Notes under the pieces: generated by a model | Told to the model about the DNA's origin: nothing | Database searches by the model: none | What the model saw: the letters and a program-made list of their open reading frames with translations, nothing else | Part shown: piece by piece, positions 44,390 through 53,882 of the stretch | How positions within the stretch are numbered: position 1 is the first letter of the stretch | Layout: every line of letters begins with the position of its first letter | DNA from: Waddlia chondrophila WSU 86-1044 | Lineage (GTDB): Bacteria; Chlamydiota; Chlamydiia; Chlamydiales; CAMCWV01 | NCBI GenBank assembly: GCA_945882915.1 | Contig: CAMCWV010000006.1 | Coordinates: forward strand, 5,076 to 69,075 | Direction: 5' to 3' | DNA length: 64,000 bases | Translations under genes and position numbers: made by a program

Positions 44390-44926
44390 TTAGGTGGGAA
44401 AGCGAGGCTTGTATTGCAAAGTCCCGCCGGGAGCAATCTGATGATTTTCTCCCTCTTCATACTTATAATCATTATCATTAAGGAGCGCTTTAAATTTACA
44501 AATGGCCTTCGCGTCTAGCTCCAAGACCCATTCAGACCCTTTAGCATTGCACTTCATAAGAGCACCCTTATCCCAACTTAAGCCAGCTCCTTCCCCACGC
44601 AAATGAACTGTATTGCCAAAGCCTACATCACATTCCACAACCACACGAGTTTTCTTGTGAGCAGTTGTTAGAGGAGCTGGTACTTTGGCCGTTTTATTTA
44701 AGCTTGCGGACTGAGGAGGAACATGATGCGCTGTATTATTTTTAGCAGGTGCAGCAGCAACACCTGGTTTTTTAGCAGATTCCTTCGTCATGCTCACAAC
44801 CTCCTGTAAAACCTTGGGTTTCGACTCAACGGATTTATTAGATTCAATTTTTATCGTCTCACTTCCACTACTATCTCGGCCACTATTAGTGAGCTGAACC
44901 AGTCTGTTAGGCGCCTGCTTATTCAT
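44390..44926 (-). CDS. hypothetical protein with C-terminal CBM20-like (starch/glycogen-binding) domain
   Basis: 178 aa. The C-terminal ~95 aa read VVVECDVGFGNTVHLRGEGAGLSWDKGALMK...SEWVLEL...KFKALLNDNDYKYEEGENHQI. This resembles the CBM20 pattern (G..v.v.G....lG.W.....l......W......eyKy......WE.G.N). The N-terminal half is low-complexity. Confidence 0.4.
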   Translation of the reverse strand: MNKQAPNRLVQLTNSGRDSSGSETIKIESNKSVESKPKVLQEVVSMTKESAKKPGVAAAPAKNNTAHHVPPQSASLNKTAKVPAPLTTAHKKTRVVVECDVGFGNTVHLRGEGAGLSWDKGALMKCNAKGSEWVLELDAKAICKFKALLNDNDYKYEEGENHQIAPGGTLQYKPRFPT

Positions 44927-44997
44927 CTAGAACCTCCACAACAACAGTTATGCTTTCATTTTTTAAGTTGACGTTATGAGCCGCGCAGCCTTCAGTG

Positions 44998-45921
44998 TCA
45001 ATAAAAAAAACCACTTTTTGCCTTACTTTCGACCTTCTGGCACTTCCCTTCTGGGGGAAAAATATTCTGAAGAGCCTTGTCTAGTTGGGGAAAGCGGAAT
45101 CGATAGCCGCTGGCCAATGTTGCTTGCGGAAGAACCTTTTGCCCTTCTAGTAAAAGTAAGGCTCGCTCCCCTAAAAACAGCTTGAGGGCAAACGCCGGAA
45201 CTCTAAAAAAAGCTGGCCGATGCAAAGCACAGGCCAGCGCCTGAGTCATTTCACCGTTAGTAACCTGAGCGGGGGCAACTGCGTTAAGGACCCCATCAAG
45301 GTCCTCATGCGTTAGTGCGTGCTCAAATATGCCTACAAGGTCCTCTATGTGAATCCAAGGAAAAGGCTGCTGTCCATCCCCAATGGCACCCCCTAGCCCG
45401 AGCTTAAACGGCAAGCGCATTCTAGCAAGAGCGCCCCCATTTCCTAAAACAACGCCTATACGAATAATGACTCTGCGCGTTTTTGTTTTAGCGGGCAAAA
45501 GAGAAGCTGCCTCCCAAGCTTGGCAAAGAGTTCCTAAAAAAGTCTTGCCAGGACGGCCGAATTCTGAATAACTTTCTGTAAGACTCGGAGAATAGTACCC
45601 CACAGCCGATGCGTTAATAAATACTTTAGGGGGGCGCGCTGCAGCTCCGATTGCCTCGGCAAGAGCTTTACTTGTCTCAACTCTGCTTGAAAGCATCTCT
45701 TCTTTGTAACGTTTTGACCAGCTGCGTCCCATAACGCTTGCCCCGGCAAGGTTGATTACGGCATCACAACGAGGGAGCCCATCGCTTTTTAGCTGCTTCC
45801 AAGTAATACAATTTTCTCCTGCAGTGCGAGAAATAATTGTGACACTAATTCCTTTACTTTCTAATGACTTTTTAAGAGAGCCCCCTATAAAACCCGAGCC
45901 CCCTGCTAGCACTATCTTCAC
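44998..45921 (-). CDS. NAD-dependent epimerase family protein (TIGR01777/YfcH-like, DUF1731 C-terminus)
   Basis: 307 aa with the Rossmann motif KIVLAGGSGFIGGSL and a C-terminal LPQATLASGYRFRFPQLDKAL typical of this family. The start is GTG with AGGAG upstream. Confidence 0.75.
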   Translation of the reverse strand: MKIVLAGGSGFIGGSLKKSLESKGISVTIISRTAGENCITWKQLKSDGLPRCDAVINLAGASVMGRSWSKRYKEEMLSSRVETSKALAEAIGAAARPPKVFINASAVGYYSPSLTESYSEFGRPGKTFLGTLCQAWEAASLLPAKTKTRRVIIRIGVVLGNGGALARMRLPFKLGLGGAIGDGQQPFPWIHIEDLVGIFEHALTHEDLDGVLNAVAPAQVTNGEMTQALACALHRPAFFRVPAFALKLFLGERALLLLEGQKVLPQATLASGYRFRFPQLDKALQNIFPPEGKCQKVESKAKSGFFY

Positions 45922-45997
45922 GTCACACTCCTAACTGTATATCTACTGAACACTACCCTTCCTTTTATTTATAGTCGATAAAGTTTAAAATGGCAGA

Positions 45998-46064
45998 TAT
46001 ACTCCTCTTAGCTGAAAACGGGAATTTGGACGGCGCCAAAGCCCCGGGGCTGAACGATCGAAAG
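45998..46064. repeat. family-A left half (truncated in the inner palindrome)
   Basis: TATACTCCTCTTAGCTGAAAACGGGAATTTGGACGGCGCCAAAGCCCCGGGGCTGAACGATCGAAAGT. Confidence 0.8.
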
Positions 46065-46189
46065 TATGCTGTAAGGTTTACAGTCGATAACTTTTCTGAT
46101 AATCGCGTGGTTTTCCTTGAGACTTATCGAGGTAAACAGTAACATCTCTACTAGTTATTTTTTATCCCTATCACTTCAGGAATCAGATC

Positions 46190-46969
46190 ATGCAGCAGCC
46201 TCTAATGCTTATCTTAGATATTCAAGAAATAGACATGCAAATGATCCAACTGATGAAAAAGAAAGACGAGCGCCTCAATGAGCTTGAACAGATGCGCACC
46301 TTAAAAGCGGAATTTTCTCATCAGGTAGAATCTAAACAAAAAGAAGTTGTCGAACTAAAAAAGAATAAGAGCGCTTGTGAAACTGAAATTGTTGAAATTA
46401 GCGGAAGAATAAAGCGACTTGAAGATCAACAAGAGCATATCAAAAAAGCTGATGAATACAACGCAAATAGCACTGCACTTTCTGCGGCTAATCGTGGGCT
46501 CGCATCTCTTGCTGCTAAGCTTAATGATATCACCGAAGCCCTCTTTGCCGAAGATGTCGTCCTTCAAAACCTGGTCGAAAGTTTATCTCAAACTCATAAA
46601 GAAAGCGTTATACGTGATGCAGATAATCAAGAAGCTATTGTCAGCATCAACAAAGAAGGAACCTCTTTAAAAGAGACTAGAGCAGGTCTTGCGAAAGAAG
46701 CTCCTCTTCCACTATTGCATGTTTATGAAAAACTCCTAAATAACAAAAAAGATCGCGTTGTCGTTCCTATCGATAATAGAACTTGTGGTGGCTGTCATAT
46801 TACTCTAACGGCACAACAAGAAAACCTTGTCCGCAAAGGAGAGCGCCTGACTTTCTGTGAACATTGTTCACGCATCCTCCACGGGGCACCTCAAAATAGC
46901 GAAGAGGCCGTAGCTGGCGCTAACGAGACAACTCAGCGTCGCCGTCGCCGCACAATTAATGCAGTTTAA
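46190..46969 (+). CDS. coiled-coil protein with C-terminal C4 zinc-ribbon (COG1579/DUF164-like)
   Basis: 259 aa with a long coiled coil, then CGGCHITL...CEHCSRIL. Confidence 0.7.
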   Translation: MQQPLMLILDIQEIDMQMIQLMKKKDERLNELEQMRTLKAEFSHQVESKQKEVVELKKNKSACETEIVEISGRIKRLEDQQEHIKKADEYNANSTALSAANRGLASLAAKLNDITEALFAEDVVLQNLVESLSQTHKESVIRDADNQEAIVSINKEGTSLKETRAGLAKEAPLPLLHVYEKLLNNKKDRVVVPIDNRTCGGCHITLTAQQENLVRKGERLTFCEHCSRILHGAPQNSEEAVAGANETTQRRRRRTINAV

Positions 46970-46985
46970 CCTGCGTTTAGTTTTT

Positions 46986-47385
46986 CTGGGAGGACAAGCA
47001 GTCGCTGCTACTTCATTTATGAAGCGGGAGAGGAAAGTCCGGACTTCTTAGGAGAGGATACCAGTGAAACACTGGGGGCCGAGGGTCATAGCCGCAAGGT
47101 TATGACCTCAAGGCTACGGAAAGTATAACAGCAAATATTCCGCTATCTAGCACCTGCTCGGTAGACAGGCTGAAAATGCTAGCTTTAGGAGCTAGCCATA
47201 CCTAGGGAAACCTAGGATGTTATAAACCCTATCCGAAGCAAGACCCGAAAGTGGCATAAACCGTTCTCCGCGGCGCTACGCTGAGGTCGCTTGAGAATTT
47301 CGGCGACGAAGTTCCTAGACGAATGATTGCTCGTCCCCTAGCCCTGGCTAGGAGATTGACAAGATCCGGCTTACCGTCCTCCCAG
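46986..47385 (+). ncRNA. rnpB: RNase P RNA (bacterial type A)
   Basis: The 5' CTGGGAGGACAAGCAGTCGC pairs with the 3' CCGTCCTCCCAG (P1). Conserved GGGAGAGGAAAGTCCGGAC (P4 5' strand) and ACAAGATCCGGCTTAC (P4 3' strand) are present, as is GGAAAGTATAACAGCAAAT (ACAG.AA region). T9 follows. Confidence 0.9.
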
Positions 47386-47507
47386 TTTTTTTTTCACCAC
47401 ACACATCCTCTCTCTTAAGTTAAGAATTTAAAGATCTGCGCGAAAGCGCTTTTCTTTAAAACTTACACGGCTTACTTTCAAAAGTCGGATAAAACCCATT
47501 TCCTTAA

Positions 47508-47521
47508 CCCCCCCCCCCCCC
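47508..47521. repeat. homopolymeric C14 tract
   Basis: TTAA-CCCCCCCCCCCCCC-TAGAAT. It is immediately followed by the -10-like TAGAAT and lies 50 bp upstream of the GT92 start codon. Confidence 0.95.
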
Positions 47522-47571
47522 TAGAATAAAAAACTATTCTATTGAATTTAGCCTGAAAATCAGGAGAAATT

Positions 47572-48441
47572 ATGACCCAAAAATTCCAATCAATCCTCTT
47601 CTTTTTTCTTTTTATTACGTGTACTGGTTTTGCAGAGCAACCAGAAACCCCTCCAGGGAATGATACTGCTACTTATCAGTACGAACTATCCGCTGCAATG
47701 ATCTTTCGTGATGAGGCTCCCTATTTAAAGGAGTGGATCGAATACCATAAATTGGTAGGAGTAGAGCATTTCTATCTTTATAACAACCTGAGCACAGATA
47801 ACTACAAAGAAGTTTTGACTCCTTATATCTTAGCTGGAGAAGTTGATCTAAAGGAGTGGCCTTTTGAAAGTCATAACGTGGCTGAATGGGATGTTATCCA
47901 AGTCAACGCCTGCAATCATGCACTCGAGCAGGCAAAAGGCCATAGTAAATGGCTAGCTGTTATTGATATGGATGAATTCCTTGTGCCTGTTGCAGACCTT
48001 GATATGATTACGCTGCTTCGTAAATACGATAATGCAGGAGGCGTCTACAATCCCTGGGTTGTTTTCGGAACTTCTTGGGTTAAAAAAATTCCAGACGACA
48101 AACTTCTTATCGAAATGCTCGTTCATAACGGTGCCAGCCAGCATTCCCTTGGTAAAAGCATTATTCGCACAGAATACACAATCCATATTAGACCCCACCA
48201 CGCAACTTATATACCTGGTAAAGTTGAAGTTCAGATTCCCATACAAGAAATGCAAATCAATCATTACTGGTCTCGGGATGAATGGTATTTATATAACTTC
48301 AAAATCCCTCGGAGAGCGTTATGGGGAACAGATGCAGCCACGTGTATACGTTGGGCAACATACGCAACTACTTACAGCATCTATTCTGAACCCATTCTTC
48401 GTTTTGTCCCTCCATTAAGAGCTAAAATGGGTTTTCAGTAA
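47572..48441 (+). CDS. glycosyltransferase family 92 (DUF23-like) protein with N-terminal signal/anchor
   Basis: 289 aa. AAMIFRDEAPYLKEWIEYHKLVGVEHFYLYNN.S.D, WLAVIDMDEFL (DxD-like) and INHYWSR are all typical of GT92. Confidence 0.7.
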   Translation: MTQKFQSILFFFLFITCTGFAEQPETPPGNDTATYQYELSAAMIFRDEAPYLKEWIEYHKLVGVEHFYLYNNLSTDNYKEVLTPYILAGEVDLKEWPFESHNVAEWDVIQVNACNHALEQAKGHSKWLAVIDMDEFLVPVADLDMITLLRKYDNAGGVYNPWVVFGTSWVKKIPDDKLLIEMLVHNGASQHSLGKSIIRTEYTIHIRPHHATYIPGKVEVQIPIQEMQINHYWSRDEWYLYNFKIPRRALWGTDAATCIRWATYATTYSIYSEPILRFVPPLRAKMGFQ

Positions 48442-48515
48442 CAAGATGCCTCTTACATGAAGATTCTTAATTTAGGCTGCTGCTAGGCTGTTGATTAAGC
48501 TTCTGAGGGGAGTTG

Positions 48516-49163
48516 CTATTCTTTTTGAGGGATGCTTTGGAAGAATTCGCTGCGCATTTGAGGGTTGTTCAGGAACTCCCCTAAAAGGATCTGCGTGGTC
48601 GTCTCACTTGCATCATCTTGAACGCCTCGCATAGAGACGCAAAAGTGCTTTGCAGTGATCACAACAGCGACGTTTGTCGTTTCAAGTACTGTAGCAAGGC
48701 TGTCGGCAATTTGCGCCGTTAACCTTTCCTGCAGCTGAGGGCGTCTCGCAAAATAACGGACTATCCTATTAACTTTCGAAAGCCCCACGACTTTATTAGT
48801 AGGTAGATAGGCGACGTGAGCGATGCCGACAATTGGGACAAAGTGGTGTTCGCAATAGCTCATCAACTCAATATTTTTAACTAAGACAATGCCCGACGCG
48901 CTATTATCAACAGGGGCATCAAAGCAAGTCACCTCCGGGAAGTTTTTAGGATTCAACCCTGAAAAGATCTCTTCCACATACATCTTAGCAATTCGACGTG
49001 GTGTATGCTTTAGCGAATCATGCGCAATATCAAGCCCTAAAACCTCTAGGATTTCACGGAATTTACCTTCAATAAATGTAACCTTATCTGTATCACTGCG
49101 TGCTAGAAGCTCTGAGGAAACTGGCGAGGGGAAGCGCGTAATCGCAGGGTCGATCTTTTTCAC
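48516..49163 (-). CDS. folE: GTP cyclohydrolase I
   Basis: 215 aa with SYCEHHFVPIVG and RPQLQERLT. The start is GTG with AAGGAG 5 nt upstream. Confidence 0.92.
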   Translation of the reverse strand: MKKIDPAITRFPSPVSSELLARSDTDKVTFIEGKFREILEVLGLDIAHDSLKHTPRRIAKMYVEEIFSGLNPKNFPEVTCFDAPVDNSASGIVLVKNIELMSYCEHHFVPIVGIAHVAYLPTNKVVGLSKVNRIVRYFARRPQLQERLTAQIADSLATVLETTNVAVVITAKHFCVSMRGVQDDASETTTQILLGEFLNNPQMRSEFFQSIPQKE

Positions 49164-49177
49164 ATGGACTCCTTTAT

Positions 49178-50773
49178 CTATTTAATGCCTACTTGCTGCC
49201 GTGTTTTCAGATAAGCCTCGAGGGTGTCATTGAACACGTGAATGCCATCTTCTTCAAACGCAATAATCTTCGTGGCTACAGCCTCAATTAAACTGCGGTC
49301 GTGACTTGCTACAATAGCTGTCCCCTTATAATCTGTAAGCCCCCACCCTAAAGCAGAAACAGCCTCCAAATCAAGGTGATTATTAGGCTCATCCAAAATC
49401 ACAACGTTGTGTTCTGAAAGCATCATCCCTGCCAAAATCAAACGGGCAGTTTCGCCTCCAGAAAGGGCTCCGAGCTTTTTAAAAGCATCGTCGCCGCCAA
49501 ATAACATCTTTCCTAAAACAGCACGAATTTCTTGGTCGGATACGCCACGCTTACGGCTACGTAACCAGTCAAAAAGGTTGGCATCTTCTGATTTGTCAAC
49601 AATCTCGTTGTGGTTTTGAGGGAAATAATTGACTTCAGCTTGGTGACCAAGCTCAATAGAGCCCTTATCTGGAGCAAGCACCTGTGCAAGCATCTTTAAA
49701 AGAGTCGTCTTTCCGCTACCGTTACTTCCAATGACGCCAATCTTGTCTCCTCGAACAATCTCAAGAGACAGCCCCTTAATTACATCTAGCTTATCGTAGC
49801 TCTTTCTAACGCCGTTACCCTTAAGGACCACTTGCCCTGACTGCCGAGCTGGCGTTGCAAAACGAATATAAGGGCGCTGAATATTTGATTTTTTGAGTTC
49901 TTGAGGCTCTAGCTTCTGAATCTCTTTTATTCGAGACTGTACCTGACTGGCGCGCGTTCCAGCAGAAAACCGCGCAACGTATTCACGAAGTTGAGAAGCC
50001 TTCTTTTCTTTAGACTTATTTTCTGACTCTGCCCGCTCTCTTACGGAAGACTTAGCCGCAACCATGTCGTCATAGTTACCTGGATAAACAATTAACGTTT
50101 CGTAATCGAGATCGGCAATGTGTGTGCAAATAGAATTAAGAAAGTGTCTGTCGTGACTAACAACAACCAAGGCCCCGCGGAACTCGTGAAGGAAAGTTTC
50201 AAGCCAACCGATAGAAACAAGGTCAAGGTGGTTTGTAGGTTCATCCAAAAGCAAGGCTTGCGGCGGGCCAAAAAGTGCTTGGCAAAGCAGGACGCGGAAC
50301 TGCATATCTGTTGGAATTTCGTGCATCTTCTGTTGATGCATTTCTTCACCGATCTCCATCCCTGATAAAACGGCTGCTGCTCTAGATTCAGCTTCCCACC
50401 CATTTTCTTCAGCAACAATGTCTTCTAATTCGCCAAGGCGCATCCCATTCTCATGGGTTGGCTCTTCGTTATAAAGCACTTCTCTTTCTTGCAAAGCCGC
50501 CCAGAGGCGCTGGTTGCCCATTACGACGACATCAAGAACGTTCATGTCCCTGAAATGTTCAATATCTTGTCTTAAAATACCAACGCGACCTGGCAAGGTC
50601 ACAGTACCTGACGTTGCCTCTTCATAACCCATGATAATTCTGAGAAGCGTTGACTTTCCTGCTCCATTCGGCCCTGTTAATCCATAGCGTGCGCCAGGAT
50701 TAAACGTCAAAGTCACCCCTTCAAAAAGAACGCGACTGCCAAAAGCCTTAGATAAACGATCGATTGTAATCAT
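49178..50773 (-). CDS. ABC-F family ATPase (two ABC domains, no TMD)
   Basis: 531 aa with GPNGAGKST and GSNGSGKTT Walker A motifs, two signature regions (..LSGGE..) and an inter-domain linker. Confidence 0.9.
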   Translation of the reverse strand: MITIDRLSKAFGSRVLFEGVTLTFNPGARYGLTGPNGAGKSTLLRIIMGYEEATSGTVTLPGRVGILRQDIEHFRDMNVLDVVVMGNQRLWAALQEREVLYNEEPTHENGMRLGELEDIVAEENGWEAESRAAAVLSGMEIGEEMHQQKMHEIPTDMQFRVLLCQALFGPPQALLLDEPTNHLDLVSIGWLETFLHEFRGALVVVSHDRHFLNSICTHIADLDYETLIVYPGNYDDMVAAKSSVRERAESENKSKEKKASQLREYVARFSAGTRASQVQSRIKEIQKLEPQELKKSNIQRPYIRFATPARQSGQVVLKGNGVRKSYDKLDVIKGLSLEIVRGDKIGVIGSNGSGKTTLLKMLAQVLAPDKGSIELGHQAEVNYFPQNHNEIVDKSEDANLFDWLRSRKRGVSDQEIRAVLGKMLFGGDDAFKKLGALSGGETARLILAGMMLSEHNVVILDEPNNHLDLEAVSALGWGLTDYKGTAIVASHDRSLIEAVATKIIAFEEDGIHVFNDTLEAYLKTRQQVGIK

Positions 50774-50898
50774 AAAAAAACAGTTACGGCAAAAAGTTGT
50801 AATAAGAACTAGTTTATAAGAGAGCTGCTTTACAAAAGAAGCGGCATTATTTAGGAATTTTATTTTACCTGGTAACCCCTAAAAAGTCATGATAATTA

Positions 50899-51153
50899 GT
50901 AACAGTTCACATACCCCTCCTTCGTCAGCGCATGTGAACTGTTACAAACTTTTTTGTATTTTCTCTCACGTTCTCTCACGCCTCTGTGGTTAAAAAAAAC
51001 CGGTGTTAATATTTTTGAAACACAGAGAACGTGAGAGAAAATAGAGAGGGAGGAAAGCGGGCAATGCCACTTTAATCGTAAGGCTGCCAAAACACCCCCT
51101 ATAAGCGTCAAATCTTTCTTGATAAAGTCGCTCTGGGTATGTGAACTGTTACC
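50899..51153. repeat. family-C repeat (copy 3, two-ended)
   Basis: GTAACAGTTCACATACCCCTCCTTCGTCAGCGCATGTGAACTGTTAC...TTCTCTCACGTTCTCTCACGCC...TTTTTGAAACACAGAGAACGTGAGAGAAAA...AAGCGGGCAATGCCACTTTAATCGTAAGGCTGCC...GGGTATGTGAACTGTTACC. Confidence 0.88.
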
Positions 51154-51194
51154 TTTTTTCTTTGTCTATTTTTCTCTCTGTGTTTAAAAAATAA

Positions 51195-52199
51195 TTAAGC
51201 TCTAGGGTGCGCTTTATCATATGCATCTTTCTTTAATTTTGTGGAAACGTGTGTGTATATAGTTGTGGTTGCAAGCGAGCTGTGCCCTAAAAGAACCTGA
51301 ATCGTCTTAAGATCCATCCCATTTTCTAGCCAATGGGTCGCAATCGTGTGTCGAATTGTATGAGGAGTTACTTTTCCAGCAAGACCACTGGCTGTTAGGT
51401 ACTTGTCAAAATTCCTATCAACAGAACGAGCGGTCAACCGGGTGCCTAATTTATTAAGAAAAACAGCCTCTTTGTCCCTTTCTGCTAAATGTCCATCCAT
51501 GTCACGGTGCCGCTCTGGGTGATCAAGATAAGACTGAACCCAATCAGCAGCATTTTTAGTAATCGGGACAATACGCTCTTTCTTCCCCTTTCCCATTAGC
51601 TTTACAACTAGATTAGCCGGATCAAAGTCTCTTCTATTTAATGCCACAAGCTCACTTACGCGCAGCCCAGAACTATAAAAAAGCTCCATCCCACATCTGT
51701 CCCGAAAACTAAGGTATGCGCCTAACTCCGGTTGATCAAAAAGCCTTTGTACGTGCTCGTACGATAAAGGAACAGGAATACGCTTTTGCAACTTTGGGCT
51801 TTCGATCTCCTCCATGGGATTACTATTGATCATCTTTTGCCCGCATGCGAACTTAAAAAACGAACGAAGAGAAGAGACCTTCCTCACTAGAGAGCGCTTT
51901 CCCATAGATTCTCCGCCACTGAGCTTTGCCAAAAAGCCGCGCATTAACTTTCTATCCATATCTTTAAGTGAAACATGATCTGTTTTTTCGCTGCCATCGC
52001 GTCCCTTCCAGCGATCTGCATAGCTCATATCGTAGCGGATCTTTTCAGAGACCTCTTCAGGATTAAGTTTGAGAACGTCTGTGTCTAAATAGGACTTAAG
52101 CGCATTGAGATCGATTACATAGTTGCGGACAGTATGCTCAGAGGCCTGCTTAATGACCCTAAGATGCTCTATGAACTGGTATGCGGCGGTAATAAACAT
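51195..52199 (-). CDS. tyrosine site-specific recombinase, XerC/XerD family
   Basis: About 334 aa with a C-terminal catalytic HTIRHTIATHWL...LLGHSSLATTTIYTHV. ATG 52197-52199 lies 5 nt downstream of GGAG contributed by the family-A terminus. Confidence 0.9.
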   Translation of the reverse strand: MFITAAYQFIEHLRVIKQASEHTVRNYVIDLNALKSYLDTDVLKLNPEEVSEKIRYDMSYADRWKGRDGSEKTDHVSLKDMDRKLMRGFLAKLSGGESMGKRSLVRKVSSLRSFFKFACGQKMINSNPMEEIESPKLQKRIPVPLSYEHVQRLFDQPELGAYLSFRDRCGMELFYSSGLRVSELVALNRRDFDPANLVVKLMGKGKKERIVPITKNAADWVQSYLDHPERHRDMDGHLAERDKEAVFLNKLGTRLTARSVDRNFDKYLTASGLAGKVTPHTIRHTIATHWLENGMDLKTIQVLLGHSSLATTTIYTHVSTKLKKDAYDKAHPRA

Positions 52200-52202
52200 C
52201 AA

Positions 52203-52476
52203 TACTCCTCGTAGCTGAAAACGGGAATTTGGACGGTGCCAAAGCCCCCGCAGCCTTAGCGTTTGCGGTCTCCAGAAGGTAACGTGGGCCGTCTAAGGTC
52301 TGGGATTTCAGGCCGAAGCCTACAGCAAACGTTTGCTTGGTGGCAGGTTAGATCCCAGACCTTAGACAGCCCACGTTACCTTCTGGAGACGGCAACTCTT
52401 TAATCGCTACGGGCTTCTTCTCTTTTTTTTCTTTTGTGCGCCGTCCAAGTTCCCGTTTTTAGCTAAGAGGAGTATA
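52203..52476. repeat. family-A composite element carrying a nested family-B copy
   Basis: TACTCCTCGTAGCTGAAAACGGGAATTTGGACGGTGCCAAAGCC...[B]...CTTTAATCGCTACGGGCTTCTTCTCTTTTTTTTCTTTTGTGCGCCGTCCAAGTTCCCGTTTTTAGCTAAGAGGAGTATA. Confidence 0.88.
52272..52386. repeat. family-B compound palindrome (variant arms), nested in A
   Basis: CCAGAAGGTAACGTGGGCCGTCTAAGGTCTGGGAT...AGCAAACGTTTGCT...ATCCCAGACCTTAGACAGCCCACGTTACCTTCTGG. Confidence 0.85.
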
Positions 52477-52511
52477 TACTCCTCTTAGCTAAAAACGGGA
52501 ACTTGGACGGC
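52475..52511. repeat. solo family-A terminus, head-to-head with the preceding copy (72-bp perfect palindrome 52440-52511)
   Basis: TATACTCCTCTTAGCTAAAAACGGGAACTTGGACGGC is the exact inverted copy of 52440-52476. It ends on the first base of the rnz stop codon. Confidence 0.9.
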
Positions 52512-53416
52512 TATCTTGGGAAAGAAAAGCACTTCAAATCATTGGCTGCAAAAGCATTTGGGAAAACCGCACGCGCTTCCTTCTCAAACGCCTCAACCTG
52601 TTGATAACGGGCTGAGAAATGGGTAAGGATGAGCTGCTGGACTCCTGCCTCTTTTGCAATTGTAGCGGCCTGCTTGGCAGTTAAATGATGATGCTCCCGC
52701 GCCAGTTCTTTGTGCTCTTCTAAATAGGTGCTTTCACAAAGAAATAACTTGGCGCCACGAGCAATATCGATAGCACTTTGACAATATAAAGTATCTACAA
52801 CAAAGGCAAAGGAGTCCCCCGAGCGGATCCAGCTCACATCTTCTAGCCGAATTGTATGCCCACCAATCTCTACCACTCCTTTTTCGCGCAGCTCTTTAAC
52901 GGCCAACCCTTTAATTCCAGAATCATTCAACTTCTTCTGATCAAATTTTAAGGTGTCTGGCTCCGTGATTCTCCAGCCTATATTATTTACGCCGTGTTCC
53001 AAAAATACAGCTTCTATACGGAACTTTCCATCATCATGCACTAGCCCCGCTTGACTAACAGGATGTTCAACAACATGGATTGTTTCATGATAGATCGTTC
53101 CATAACGCAAACGGTTAAAATACTTCTGTCCGCTTGCTGGGAAATAACAGTGAATTTCATGCTTCACCTTATCAAGATTTAATCTCATCAACATTGAGCC
53201 AAGACCTAAACAATGGTCTCCATGAAAATGGGAAACAAAAATACGAGTAACCACAGTAGGAGCAACATTGGCAAAAATAAACTGCCTCTGAGTCCCCTCT
53301 CCAGGATCAAAGAGGAGCCCCTCATCATTCCAACGAAGGAGATAAGCTCCATGGTTACGGTATCTGGTAGGTTGCTGACTAGAACAACCTAGAATGGTGA
53401 GATCGCGAACGCTCAT
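52511..53416 (-). CDS. rnz: ribonuclease Z
   Basis: 301 aa with the MBL motif SHFHGDH and an RNase Z-like layout (GCSSQQPT..., THFSARY). Confidence 0.88.
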   Translation of the reverse strand: MSVRDLTILGCSSQQPTRYRNHGAYLLRWNDEGLLFDPGEGTQRQFIFANVAPTVVTRIFVSHFHGDHCLGLGSMLMRLNLDKVKHEIHCYFPASGQKYFNRLRYGTIYHETIHVVEHPVSQAGLVHDDGKFRIEAVFLEHGVNNIGWRITEPDTLKFDQKKLNDSGIKGLAVKELREKGVVEIGGHTIRLEDVSWIRSGDSFAFVVDTLYCQSAIDIARGAKLFLCESTYLEEHKELAREHHHLTAKQAATIAKEAGVQQLILTHFSARYQQVEAFEKEARAVFPNAFAANDLKCFSFPR

Positions 53417-53500
53417 GCTAACTCATGACTATTGAAAGTGAAAATTGCCATTGAATATCTCAGGATTACCCTATTACTGTCGACATGTATAGCCGCGATT

Positions 53501-53605
53501 CAGCAGCTCCCACTAAAAATTTATTTTTTAACTCCTGAGAGCCAGGGCGATTTTATCAAGAAAGCTTTGACGCTCACAGAGGGGTGTTTTGGCGGGGCAA
53601 TCGCA
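53501..53605. repeat. family-C right-end fragment (inverted)
   Basis: CAGCAGCTCCCACTAAAAATTTATTTTTTAACTCCTGAGAGCCAGGGCGATTTTATCAAGAAAGCTTTGACGCTCACAGAGGGGTGTTTTGGCGGGGCAATCGC. Confidence 0.7.
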
Positions 53606-53671
53606 TAAAGAAATTTATAAGCAGTCTGAACACTTTCGTGTCCTACATTTTACATTGCGTCCCAGGGACAC

Positions 53672-53734
53672 TTGGACTAGCGCCAAAGCTCCCATTTTCA
53701 GCTACGAGGAGTATATACTCCGCTTAGTTGAAAA
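53672..53734. repeat. two abutting family-A terminal fragments (right end + left end sharing TA)
   Basis: TTGGACTAGCGCCAAAGCTCCCATTTTCAGCTACGAGGAGTATA | TATACTCCGCTTAGTTGAAAA. Confidence 0.8.
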
Positions 53735-53882
53735 GGCGTCCTGTTCTTTTTTTAAGACGCTTTAGAATCTGGTTTGCTGCAGCGAAATATTGCAGCGGGA
53801 ATTATTTGTTGTGGAATATTCGGACCAATGTTACGGTGCATCTGTAAAACATCTTTTTTTTAACTCTAAATTTGGAGGTAAC

